From Candidatus Limnocylindrales bacterium (GTDB taxonomy: Bacteria > Moduliflexota > Moduliflexia > Moduliflexales > JAUQPW01): 64,000 bases of DNA. The position numbers and the translations under genes are program-made. Shown here in pieces: positions 27,992 to 36,953 of the stretch. The notes beneath the pieces were generated by a model that was not told the DNA's origin, ran no database searches, and worked only from the letters and a program-made list of their open reading frames with translations. Position 1 is the stretch's first letter. Every line of letters starts with the position of its first letter. The DNA lies in NCBI GenBank assembly GCA_035559535.1, contig DATMBG010000022.1, positions 192,568 through 256,567 of the forward strand, in the 5' to 3' direction.

Positions 27992-28509
27992 CCTACCTGA
28001 CCCTTCCCATTTATATCATTTCCTGTGGGTTAGCCACCATAGTACCCCTGGTAGTTGCTACTCCTGATTTCAAGCCCAATTTTGTCTCGTTCCCCGGCTG
28101 GCCAAATCAATTTGAAGACCGCCCTTTGATGGAGTTACCTTTATCCAAACGTGAGAGGCGCTTTAACAATGATTTTCCAGGGCGTATCGCAAGGTTCACA
28201 GATGGAACCCGTGAGTTTGTGATCCGATGGGTGATCCAAGAAACGAGAAAACTCCATCCCGGTGCCGATTGTTTCAAAGGAATCGGCTATTTTATTCAAC
28301 CTATCTCCCTCCGAATCGATATCAACGGCTACTCCTGGGGTTGTTTTGAAGCTACACGGGGTGAGGAAAGACTCAGAGTCTGCGAAAGGATCTACGATGA
28401 AGCAGGAAATAGTTGGACTGATGTGTCTGACTGGTATTGGGCAGCTCTTCTAGGAAGAACGCAAGGACCCTGGTGGGTCATCACCGTTGCCGAGAATCTA
28501 CAGGAATAA
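27937..28509 (+). CDS. exosortase-associated EpsI-like protein (N-terminal TM anchor plus periplasmic domain); assignment tentative
   Basis: 190-aa ORF overlapping the exosortase 3' end by 55 nt, with a single N-terminal hydrophobic helix. Position and size match EpsI-type partners. Confidence 0.4.
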   Translation: MDSKKISIGQAGGQAGRLTYLTLPIYIISCGLATIVPLVVATPDFKPNFVSFPGWPNQFEDRPLMELPLSKRERRFNNDFPGRIARFTDGTREFVIRWVIQETRKLHPGADCFKGIGYFIQPISLRIDINGYSWGCFEATRGEERLRVCERIYDEAGNSWTDVSDWYWAALLGRTQGPWWVITVAENLQE

Positions 28510-28660
28510 GGTTAAGAGCCCAACTTTACCATTCAGGTAGTCGCTTTTACAGATTTATATCAGATCAACTTGAAATGGGGTGTAATTCCCACATGCGAGG
28601 AGGGAAAAGGAGCTTTCAAGGACAGATTTTTTCTCCTCTAACCCCTTTCCTGCTGTCAAA

Positions 28661-29557
28661 CTAAAAACGTTGTTCTTCTAAGAGTTGGATGAGTTCATCG
28701 ACAGAAAATGTTTCCCTGGATAAGAAAAGGGCTTTTATGCCAGAGGCTTGAAATTGCTCTAAGCAGTAAGCTTGTTCCCGGCGTTTTTGATCTTCTACCA
28801 GGTTTAACCAGGCTTTAGCATCTACCTTCCCAAACTCTCCACTTTCGATGTCTCGATAGGTCAAAACCCCCACCGAAGAGATGAGACTCTCTGGAATTCT
28901 TTCTTCGAGGAAAATAGGAAAGATAGGATTATGGGCTCCAATCCGTTGGACTACTGGAATCCAATCCTCATCGGTTTCAAAATCCGAGATCAGGATGATA
29001 AGCTGTTTTTTATTGGGCAGGCCTGCGCCTTTACGGGCTTCAAAGAACTGAAGGACCGGGAGTAGAGAGGTTTTTTCGCCCACAGCCGGTTGGAAGTCCC
29101 AGATGGTTTGCAGGAGGTTTACAAGGGTTTTTTCAGAGCGAAAGGGAGAGAGAACCGTTCGAAGGGTAGAATCAAACCCGATAAAACCCATAAGATCCTG
29201 TTGGCGAATAATCGAACGGCCCAGTATGGCCAAAATATCTAAGAGGAGGCGATGCTTAGATTTTTCTTCTGAGAATCCGATGAACATGGAAGCACTGAGA
29301 TCTGCAACCATCCAGACTTCGAGAACCCGTTCCTCCCGAAGTTTCCGTACGAGAAACCCCCCTTCTAAGCGTTCACTGGCTTTCCAGTCGATATGGCTGG
29401 TCTCTTCGCCCACCGTGTACTGTTGGAAAAAATCAAAATCTTCTCCGCGTCCACGGAAGGTACTCCGATGCATGCCCTGCATGAGGGTCTGAACCCGGTC
29501 CCGTATCCGTAAATCCACCCTTCGGGTTATTTGAGCATACCATTCACCAAAATCCAT
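28661..29557 (-). CDS. DUF58 domain protein (VWA-like, MoxR/BatA-system type)
   Basis: HRSTFRGRGEDFDFFQQYTVGEETSHIDWKASER matches the DUF58 core. 298 aa. Confidence 0.8.
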   Translation of the reverse strand: MDFGEWYAQITRRVDLRIRDRVQTLMQGMHRSTFRGRGEDFDFFQQYTVGEETSHIDWKASERLEGGFLVRKLREERVLEVWMVADLSASMFIGFSEEKSKHRLLLDILAILGRSIIRQQDLMGFIGFDSTLRTVLSPFRSEKTLVNLLQTIWDFQPAVGEKTSLLPVLQFFEARKGAGLPNKKQLIILISDFETDEDWIPVVQRIGAHNPIFPIFLEERIPESLISSVGVLTYRDIESGEFGKVDAKAWLNLVEDQKRREQAYCLEQFQASGIKALFLSRETFSVDELIQLLEEQRF

Positions 29558-29772
29558 AAAATGAGTCTAAAGTTTAAAATAGCTTCGATAAAGCCAATCT
29601 CTCAGGGTACTTTTTCTTCGGTTAAGCAAGTATTTATTCTCATAGAGAAGCCTTGAAACCATTCCCCCTAAGCTTTAGACTATACTCATAGGTAGGGATC
29701 CTGTCAAGGATTGCAATAAAATTTAACAGGCAAATGTTATCCAAAGATCATCTTTTCTTTTAAAAGGAAGGT

Positions 29773-30693
29773 ATGTCGACCCAACGTATTGTATCTTTAA
29801 TTCCCAGTGGTACAGAAATTGTTTGCGCACTCGGTTTTGAAGCCCAACTGGTCGGACGTTCCCACGAGTGTGACTTTCCCGAATCGGTTAAGCGATTACC
29901 GGTTTGTACTGAGCCCAAGTTCAACCCGGAGGGTACCAGTTATCAAATTGATCAGCGGGTCAAAGCCATTTTGCAGGAGTCTTTGTCGGTGTATCGGGTT
30001 TATGCCGAAAAATTGAGGCAATTACAACCGGATGTCATTGTGACCCAATCTCAGTGCGAAGTTTGTGCCGTCAGTCTACAGGAGGTAGAACAAGCTGTTT
30101 GCGATTGGTTGGATTTTCGTCCTCACATAGTTTCACTGGCACCGGCTACCCTTTCCGATATCTGGGCCGATATAGCCCGTGTGGCAGAAGTTCTGGAAGC
30201 TCCTCAACGAGGCAGGGAGCTTATCCAGCGATTAAAGCAACGGGTAGAAGCCATTACCGAGAAGACCCGTGCCCTATCTGAACGACCCACCGTTGCCTGT
30301 ATTGAGTGGATCGAGCCTTTGATGGCTACCGGCAACTGGATGCCTGAACTGATTGAAAGGGCTGGTGGGGTGAATTTGTTTGGTGAGGCCGGTAAACATT
30401 CCCCCTGGATGGCCTGGGAGCAGTTATTGGAAAAAGATCCGGACGTTATCCTGGTTTTACCCTGCGGGTTTGATATGCCACGAACCCGCGAGAATATATC
30501 TGTTTTAATGCAAAAGTCGGGTTGGTCTGATCTGCAAGCCGTACGCAGAGGACAGGTTTACCTGGCCGATGGGAATCAATACTTTAATCGTCCAGGGCCC
30601 CGGGTTGTAGAGTCGTTGGAAATTCTGGCCGAAATCTTACACCCGGATCGGTTCCGGTTTGGACATAAAGGGACCGGATGGCAACACCTTTAG
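29773..30693 (+). CDS. BtuF/TroA-like periplasmic-binding-protein-fold protein (cobalamin/iron-siderophore class); no obvious signal peptide
   Basis: IVSLIPSGTEIVCALGF...VGRSHECDFP N-terminus typical of BtuF-like class III binding proteins. Confidence 0.65.
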   Translation: MSTQRIVSLIPSGTEIVCALGFEAQLVGRSHECDFPESVKRLPVCTEPKFNPEGTSYQIDQRVKAILQESLSVYRVYAEKLRQLQPDVIVTQSQCEVCAVSLQEVEQAVCDWLDFRPHIVSLAPATLSDIWADIARVAEVLEAPQRGRELIQRLKQRVEAITEKTRALSERPTVACIEWIEPLMATGNWMPELIERAGGVNLFGEAGKHSPWMAWEQLLEKDPDVILVLPCGFDMPRTRENISVLMQKSGWSDLQAVRRGQVYLADGNQYFNRPGPRVVESLEILAEILHPDRFRFGHKGTGWQHL

Positions 30694-31838
30694 AGTCGAT
30701 GATCCAGCAGCTCCGCTAAAAACGCCAGTACCTGCTCATAAACTGTATCATGACCGAGAATTTCCAGTTCCTGGCTCAGGAGTCTTGTTTCACTTTCTTT
30801 ATTCAGGCAGGTGATCTTTCCGGCTACGGGAGCTCCCCCAAATTCTACATGGGTTTGTAAATAAGGGCAATGGGAAGATCCATCTCTACCTGTAACTACA
30901 AATTGTGCCGGCGGATCACTTTCCGTGATGAGCTTAAGTGAACGAAGATCTGCCCGGCCGGAGTTTATAGCCGGAGAAGTTTTAACCTGGATGAGAATGG
31001 TTCGATTCAGGGCGGCCAGTTTCATCTGGTAGATATGCCGCTCCGTCCATCGGGGCCTTGAGACAGGATGCCATTTCAATCGACTGGCCAGCCAGCCAAT
31101 AATAAGAAGCGCCTGACTGGAAATGGAATCCATGGAATCGGAGTTGCATTCAATTTCTACAAAACTCAGTCGGTTCAGGCAAGATAGCCGGTCTGGAGCA
31201 TCAAAGAGTCCGGCCACTGCAACCCGCCAGGGGGTTAAACGAGACCAGTTCAGGTCGCTAAAGGCCACCCAGGGAAATTCACGCCGAATGAAAGCTGCTA
31301 GTTCCATAAGTCCCTCTTCCGGATTGGGCAGGCGTGCGGAGTCGATAATTACGCGATCGGAGGTCTCAACCAGCTCTTTAAACAATCGATTCCCGAGAGC
31401 CGGAACATCCCGCCACCATAAAACAACTGGCAGATCCGATACCAAAAGCGACCTCACAATACTCGGTAACCGAAAGATTCCTTCCCCCTCAGCAGTTACC
31501 ATGATCTGCTCACAGCAAACTTGCTTACGACCTCCCACAGAGACATGGCACTGGGCAGTCACCCAGGCGTGGACGACCGAGGAAGGAGCTTCGGGTTTCG
31601 GAAGCATCACAATACCCCGGCTCGGATGTTCTGGGGAGACCTCTGCCATAATTTTACTTATCTCTCCGGCACTTCCCGAGCCGGGCGCATAGATCAGGAG
31701 ATTCAAGACACATACCCGCAGAACCATCTGCTGACCTTCTGCCTGGGCTGCCTCAGCCATCTGCTTCCATAATTCCTGTAAATCTCGCTCGATTTCCACG
31801 GCATTTACACCGTTTGAAATGTGGAATTCAGTATGCAA
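30690..31838 (-). CDS. hypothetical protein, possibly glucose-6-phosphate dehydrogenase assembly protein OpcA-like
   Basis: Last gene of the co-directional gnd-zwf-prx cluster. N-terminal LRVCVLNLLIYAP resembles the OpcA N-terminal motif. Assignment rests on context. Confidence 0.4.
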   Translation of the reverse strand: MHTEFHISNGVNAVEIERDLQELWKQMAEAAQAEGQQMVLRVCVLNLLIYAPGSGSAGEISKIMAEVSPEHPSRGIVMLPKPEAPSSVVHAWVTAQCHVSVGGRKQVCCEQIMVTAEGEGIFRLPSIVRSLLVSDLPVVLWWRDVPALGNRLFKELVETSDRVIIDSARLPNPEEGLMELAAFIRREFPWVAFSDLNWSRLTPWRVAVAGLFDAPDRLSCLNRLSFVEIECNSDSMDSISSQALLIIGWLASRLKWHPVSRPRWTERHIYQMKLAALNRTILIQVKTSPAINSGRADLRSLKLITESDPPAQFVVTGRDGSSHCPYLQTHVEFGGAPVAGKITCLNKESETRLLSQELEILGHDTVYEQVLAFLAELLDHRL

Positions 31839-32223
31839 CTGCTTAAATCAAGAACCGGAAATCAGAAATCAAAGTACCGGGAGTTAGCCGTTAGCTTGAC
31901 TTCTCACTTCCGACTCCTGGTTCCGTTTGTAACGGTTCGCCCTTACCCCGACCTCCCATAGGCGCCAGGTTAAGGTACCCCCTTCCTGTCCCTCCCCCGT
32001 TTCCCAAGGGAGGGAACTTCACTTCAAAGTTCCTTCCTCTGCCAAGCGGGGGAAGATGAGTAGGTTAAACGTCTCGTTTGACATTAAGGAGACCCTCCTC
32101 AGGGATCTCACTCTTATCCTGGCGCGTAGGCCCCGACCCCTCCTATGCACCGGGATAAGTCCAGAAGGAATTACTTTACTAACCCCAACACCCCCTGCCT
32201 CTCCCATTTGAGGGTTAGAGCTG

Positions 32224-32853
32224 TTATTTTTCTAAATCTTCCAGGGCTTTTAAGAGAGGTTCCAGCGCAGGAGCTTCTCGAATGTCATGGACATCAATAT
32301 AACGAAGGATACCCTGCTTATCCACAACGAATATAGCACGCTCATTGGCCAGTCTCACCTGGTCTGCATAATTTTCATCCCGGAAGATCCCGTACTTTTT
32401 GGCGACTTCATTGTTGAAATCACTTAGCAAGGGATAAGATAATTTAAGGGATTCTGCCCAAACCTTATGGGCGAAGACGCTATCAGCACTTATACCCAGT
32501 ACCTGGGCATTTTTTTCTTCAAACCGGGAAAGTTCTTTCTGGAATGAAGAAACCTGCTGAATTCAAACAGGGGTCCAATCCAGAACATGAAAGGAGAGAA
32601 CGACATTTTTCTTTCCCTTAAACTGGCTTAGAGTAACCTTTTCTTTACCGTCGACTGGCATACTGGCCGGCAGGGTAAAGTCCGGGGCAGGCTCTCCAAC
32701 CTTGAGATGCGTTTGAGTTCTAACCGGAATCCGTTCATCGGCGCTGTAGGCGTAGGGGATCAAGGTACCCAGACTTAACATTAAAATAACTAGTAGGTCA
32801 ATCGTCTTGACAGTCAAATAATGTACTTTTTTTCTCATTCTAGAACTTCTCAA
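32224..32853 (-). CDS. candidate selenocysteine-containing peroxiredoxin (PrxQ/Bcp-like, exported) with in-frame TGA at the peroxidatic Cys position
   Basis: ORFs 32563..32853 and 32224..32430 are in the same frame, separated only by TGA at complement(32563..32565). Translation reads ...VVLSFHVLDWTPV-[TGA]-IQQVSSFQKELSRFEEKNAQVLGISADSVFAHKVWAESLKLSYPLLSDFN..., which is collinear with PrxQ ...DFTPVC-TTE...VLGVS.D....H.AW....L.FPLLSD. N-terminal signal peptide present. Confidence 0.6.
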
Positions 32854-32906
32854 AGGTCAGAAGTCAGAGCAATTCCTGGCTTCTAACTTTTGAGGGTTAA
32901 TAATCT

Positions 32907-34463
32907 TTACAGTCGTCTCCATCTTCGACCATCTTTTTGAATCAGCTCATCGGCTTCTTTAGGTCCCCAGGTTCCCGCTTCATAATTAGGAAACTGGGGG
33001 GTTGTTTGTTGCCAGGCCTTCAAGATGGGCATGACTAACTGCCAGGAAACTTCTACCATATCACCTCGGGCGAAGAGAGTAGAATCTCCCAGCATGGCAT
33101 CGAGTAGGAGTCGTTCGTAGGCTTCAGGGGACTTCTTTCCAAAGGAAGTTCCGTATTGAAAATCCATATTGACTGGGCGGATATGAATGGCCTGGCCGGG
33201 TAATTTAGCTTCAAACTTGAGGGAGATACCTTCATCGGGCTGAATGCGCAGGATCAGGGTATTAGGTTCCAGAGGTCCTTCGGCGGCATTTTTGAAAAGG
33301 AGGTGGGGGACCTGGCGGAACTGGATAGCGATTTCAGTCACCCGTTTGGGTAAACGCTTACCGGCCCGGACGTAAAAAGGGACCTCGGCCCATCGCCAGT
33401 TATCGATGAGGAATTTAACCGCCGCGTAGGTTTCCGTATTAGACTTGGGATTTACATTTTCTTCCTGCCGATAACCTTTAACCCTTTGTCCACCCACGGA
33501 GCCTTCTCCATATTGCCCCCGGACTGCCACTTTATTCACCTCCTGGATCAGGCATTCCGGATCTGTTGGGAGAGGACGAACGGCCCGCAACACCTTTGTT
33601 TTTTCATCTCGCACGTCATCGGCTTTTAAAGAAATGGGGGGTTCCATGGCAACCAGGGCCAGAAGTTGGAGCATATGATTTTGGATCATATCCCGAAGGG
33701 CTCCGGCCTGCTCATAGTAACCACCCCGGTTTTCTACTCCGATAGTCTCGGCGGCGGTGATTTGTATGTGGTCAATATAACGTCGATTCCAGAGAGGTTC
33801 GAAAATACCGTTGGCGAATCGCAGGACCATGATATTTTGAACAGTTTCCTTACCCAGATAGTGGTCGATCCGGTAGACCTGATCCTCGGTAAAAACCTTC
33901 AGAACTTCCCGGTTTAACGCCCGTGCACTTTCCAGATCATAACCGATGGGTTTTTCGATGATGATTCGGACCCAGCTCCCCGGGTTAGAGCGGTTTAGTC
34001 CGATAGCGCCCAGCATTTGGATAATATCTGTATAGAGGCTGGGAGGCGTAGAGAGGTAAAACAATCTATTGCCACAGGTTCCACGCTCGCGATCTATTTG
34101 AGCCAATAACCCGGCCAGCATTTGGTAATTGTCCTGATTTTTATAATCCATGGGGAGGTAAAATAAACCTGCGGCAAAATTTTCCCAAAGGGTGGGATCG
34201 ACCGGGCCCCCTTCATAGAATTGGTGGACGGCGTTGCGCATAGCGGCACGGAAGGTATCGTGGGTCATAGGGGTACGGGCTGCCCCCACAACGGAAAATC
34301 CTTCACCCAGCAAATTTTGCTGCGCCAGACTATAAAGGGCTGGAACGAGCTTACGTTTAGTTAAATCTCCTGAGGCTCCAAAGATGACCACCACACAAGG
34401 TTCTGCTACCCGCTGCAGGCGTAAACCCTCTCGAAGAGGGTTTTCAGAGAGAGTTGCTTCCAT
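32907..34463 (-). CDS. zwf: glucose-6-phosphate 1-dehydrogenase
   Basis: GASGDLTKRKL NADP-binding motif. RIDHYLGKE active-site motif. 518 aa. Confidence 0.95.
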   Translation of the reverse strand: MEATLSENPLREGLRLQRVAEPCVVVIFGASGDLTKRKLVPALYSLAQQNLLGEGFSVVGAARTPMTHDTFRAAMRNAVHQFYEGGPVDPTLWENFAAGLFYLPMDYKNQDNYQMLAGLLAQIDRERGTCGNRLFYLSTPPSLYTDIIQMLGAIGLNRSNPGSWVRIIIEKPIGYDLESARALNREVLKVFTEDQVYRIDHYLGKETVQNIMVLRFANGIFEPLWNRRYIDHIQITAAETIGVENRGGYYEQAGALRDMIQNHMLQLLALVAMEPPISLKADDVRDEKTKVLRAVRPLPTDPECLIQEVNKVAVRGQYGEGSVGGQRVKGYRQEENVNPKSNTETYAAVKFLIDNWRWAEVPFYVRAGKRLPKRVTEIAIQFRQVPHLLFKNAAEGPLEPNTLILRIQPDEGISLKFEAKLPGQAIHIRPVNMDFQYGTSFGKKSPEAYERLLLDAMLGDSTLFARGDMVEVSWQLVMPILKAWQQTTPQFPNYEAGTWGPKEADELIQKDGRRWRRL

Positions 34464-34519
34464 AACCGCCAGAAGACAGAATTCAGAATTTTTCTATTCT
34501 GGTTCCTGTCTTCTGATTT

Positions 34520-35995
34520 TTACTGTTGTCCGGTAATGCTTGCCCAGTCCGTATGGATCGGGCCAAGCTCAGGTTTATCGATACGTTCATAAAGGTGAGC
34601 CCCGAAGAAGTCCCGCTGGGCCTGGGTTAAGTTCTGGGGTAGATGGGCCGTACGATAAGTATCAAAGTAGGCCAGGCTGGCCGACATGGCCATCAGGGGG
34701 ATACCCAGGTTCTGAGCCAGCGAAACCGTTTGTCGCCAGCGGGGTTGTGCTTCGCTTACCCAGGTTCGAAAGTCAGGATCCAAAAGGAGATTGGGTAAAT
34801 CCGGTCTACGTTGGTAGGCCTGTTTAATCTTATCCAGAAACTGCGCCCGAATGATGCATCCCCCCTTCCAGATCCGACTTATCTCCCCCAGGTTAATATG
34901 CCATTGATACCTGTTCGAGCCTGCCCGAATCAGCGCCATCCCTTGGGCATAAGAGCAAATCTTACTGGCATATAGGGCATCATGAACGGCGGAGATCAAC
35001 TCCTTTTTATTTCCCGTGTAGGAGGAAAGAGAAATCCCCGGATCTCCGGTTTGCGGGCCGGGGATCTGCTGACTTGCCTGGACCCGTTCTTCTTTGAGAT
35101 TGGAAAGTAAGCGGGCTTCAATGGCTGCATGGATCGTTGGAATGGCAACCCCTAAGTCCAATGCCACATGGGAGGTCCACAGGCCGGTCCCCTTCTGACC
35201 GGCCTTGTCCAGAATCAAATCAACCAGTGGCTTGCCGGTTTCTGGATCTTTCACCGTGAAGATTTTTGCCGTAATCTCGATCAGGTAGGAGTTAAGTAAA
35301 CCTTTATTCCACTGAAAGAAGATGTCGGCCAGCTCATCGGCTCCCAGGCCTAAGACCCGTCGCAGGATATCATAGGCTTCAGCAATAAGCTGCATGTCCC
35401 CGTATTCGATACCGTTATGAATCATTTTGACAAAATGGCCTGCACCGTCCGGACCCACATAGGTCACACAGGGACCATCGTCTACTTTGGCCGCGATAGC
35501 TTCAAAGATCGGACGGATCTCCTCGTAAGCTTCCCGTTCTCCACCCGGCATCAAGGAAGGCCCCCACAATGCTCCCATCTCACCCCCGGAGACACCGGAA
35601 CCGATAAAGCGGAGACCTTCTGCGGCCAGTTCTTTTTCACGCCGTTGGGTATCTTGAAAGTAAGAATTACCCCCGTCAATAATAATATCCCCTGGCTCCA
35701 GATACGGCTTTATCTGACCGATAGTCCAATCTACAGGATCACCGGCCTTGACCAGAAGCATAATTTTGCGAGGTCTCTCCAACGCTTGAACAAAATCCCG
35801 AATCGACCTGGTTCCTATGATTTTCTTTCCCTGTGCCTTGGTCCGTAAAAATTCATCTACTACCTCCGGAGTACGATTCCATACCACAACCGAATAACCA
35901 TGACGTTCGATATTGAGAACCAGATTTTGTCCCATTACAGCGAGTCCTATCAGGCCAAACTGGGCTTTTCCAATCTCTGTTTTTGCGGTAGACAT
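34520..35995 (-). CDS. gnd: 6-phosphogluconate dehydrogenase (decarboxylating)
   Basis: GLIGLAVMGQNLVLN N-terminus. Conserved C-terminal domain. 491 aa. Confidence 0.95.
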   Translation of the reverse strand: MSTAKTEIGKAQFGLIGLAVMGQNLVLNIERHGYSVVVWNRTPEVVDEFLRTKAQGKKIIGTRSIRDFVQALERPRKIMLLVKAGDPVDWTIGQIKPYLEPGDIIIDGGNSYFQDTQRREKELAAEGLRFIGSGVSGGEMGALWGPSLMPGGEREAYEEIRPIFEAIAAKVDDGPCVTYVGPDGAGHFVKMIHNGIEYGDMQLIAEAYDILRRVLGLGADELADIFFQWNKGLLNSYLIEITAKIFTVKDPETGKPLVDLILDKAGQKGTGLWTSHVALDLGVAIPTIHAAIEARLLSNLKEERVQASQQIPGPQTGDPGISLSSYTGNKKELISAVHDALYASKICSYAQGMALIRAGSNRYQWHINLGEISRIWKGGCIIRAQFLDKIKQAYQRRPDLPNLLLDPDFRTWVSEAQPRWRQTVSLAQNLGIPLMAMSASLAYFDTYRTAHLPQNLTQAQRDFFGAHLYERIDKPELGPIHTDWASITGQQ

Positions 35996-36198
35996 ATCTG
36001 AGACGTAAAATGTAAAACATAAAAGGATGCCAATACCTTCTATTATGTTTTAGATTTTACCTTGTTTTACTTTGAGGTTAATAGGTGTGAGTTCCATATT
36101 GAGATCTCCAATTTAAGCCCGGGATTTGGGTCATCCTGAGGGTCTATAAGTTTAGTTATCGGATACTATTTCAAGGATATGGAAATAAGGAGGAATTG

Positions 36199-36525
36199 TC
36201 AAGGTGATACGTTTAGCCCCTTTGATTTCTTAAATCTTACCGATTGAGCAGGAACTTTGAGCTCATCCCGTGGCAGTGAGATCCCCTCACTTTGTGGCCT
36301 ATCCATTTTCTTTACAGCCCCTAACCGGCCTTGTTTCTTCTCCCAGATTACGATTAACAGACTGGCCCCAATGATCAATGCAATAAGTAATATACCCATA
36401 ACGACCCAGGTACCCGATTTTCTGAAAGTTTTACTCAGCAACCCTGGGGATGGAGCTTGAGAGCTTTGTTTGGAAGGATGGGGTTCCATTTTCAAAAGCA
36501 GTTTATTATCCAGCCGGAAAATCAA
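36199..36525 (-). CDS. hypothetical small membrane protein
   Basis: One TM helix (WVVMGILLIALIIGASLLIVIW). No other support. Confidence 0.3.
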   Translation of the reverse strand: MIFRLDNKLLLKMEPHPSKQSSQAPSPGLLSKTFRKSGTWVVMGILLIALIIGASLLIVIWEKKQGRLGAVKKMDRPQSEGISLPRDELKVPAQSVRFKKSKGLNVSP

Positions 36526-36759
36526 GGATCCTATAATGCCATAAATCTTCCTTCAAAATACATGGATTCTATGTAAACCATACCTTATAAAGGAGAATTG
36601 TCAAGGGCTGTGTGATAATTTTATGGAAAGTCGAAACTGATAACATCATCTTTCATTTCAAAAGACTTTCAGAAGCAACATCCTTTAAACAGGTCGCCCC
36701 GCTGGGGCTAACCTTCCTATCCTGGTTCGTAGGGTGATGAGGTAGGGTGAGGACAGGAT

Positions 36760-36950
36760 ACCAGTCTATAGCCTGGCCAGCTCCCGTTTGGCCCTATCCG
36801 GCTCTATCCAAGTACCTAACTGTTCAAAGATTTCCAGGGCTTTGGTTAAATATTTCCGAGCCTGGGCGGTATTCCCTTACTGTTTGTAGAACCGTCCATA
36901 GCCTGTGCAAGTTCGGGCTAATTCACTCTCGGTACCCTGCAAGGTAAAGA
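36760..36950 (-). pseudogene. degraded TPR-repeat gene fragment
   Basis: Minus-strand translation gives ...GRFYKQ*GNTAQARKYLTKALEIFEQLGTWIEPDRAKRELAR, a TPR-like helix pair interrupted by a stop. No intact ORF. Confidence 0.3.
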
Positions 36951-36953
36951 ATC

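Noticed and set aside
29558-29772. Cobalamin riboswitch upstream of the BtuF-like gene
   Set aside because: I could not find the B12-box (GCCACTG-like) or the conserved GGGAAG...GGTG core. Only generic AT-rich sequence.
32431-32562. Treating the peroxiredoxin as two separate genes or a frameshifted pseudogene
   Set aside because: Both pieces are in the same frame, separated by exactly one TGA at the catalytic Cys column, and conservation continues downstream. Recoding is more parsimonious than decay, though it is unverified.
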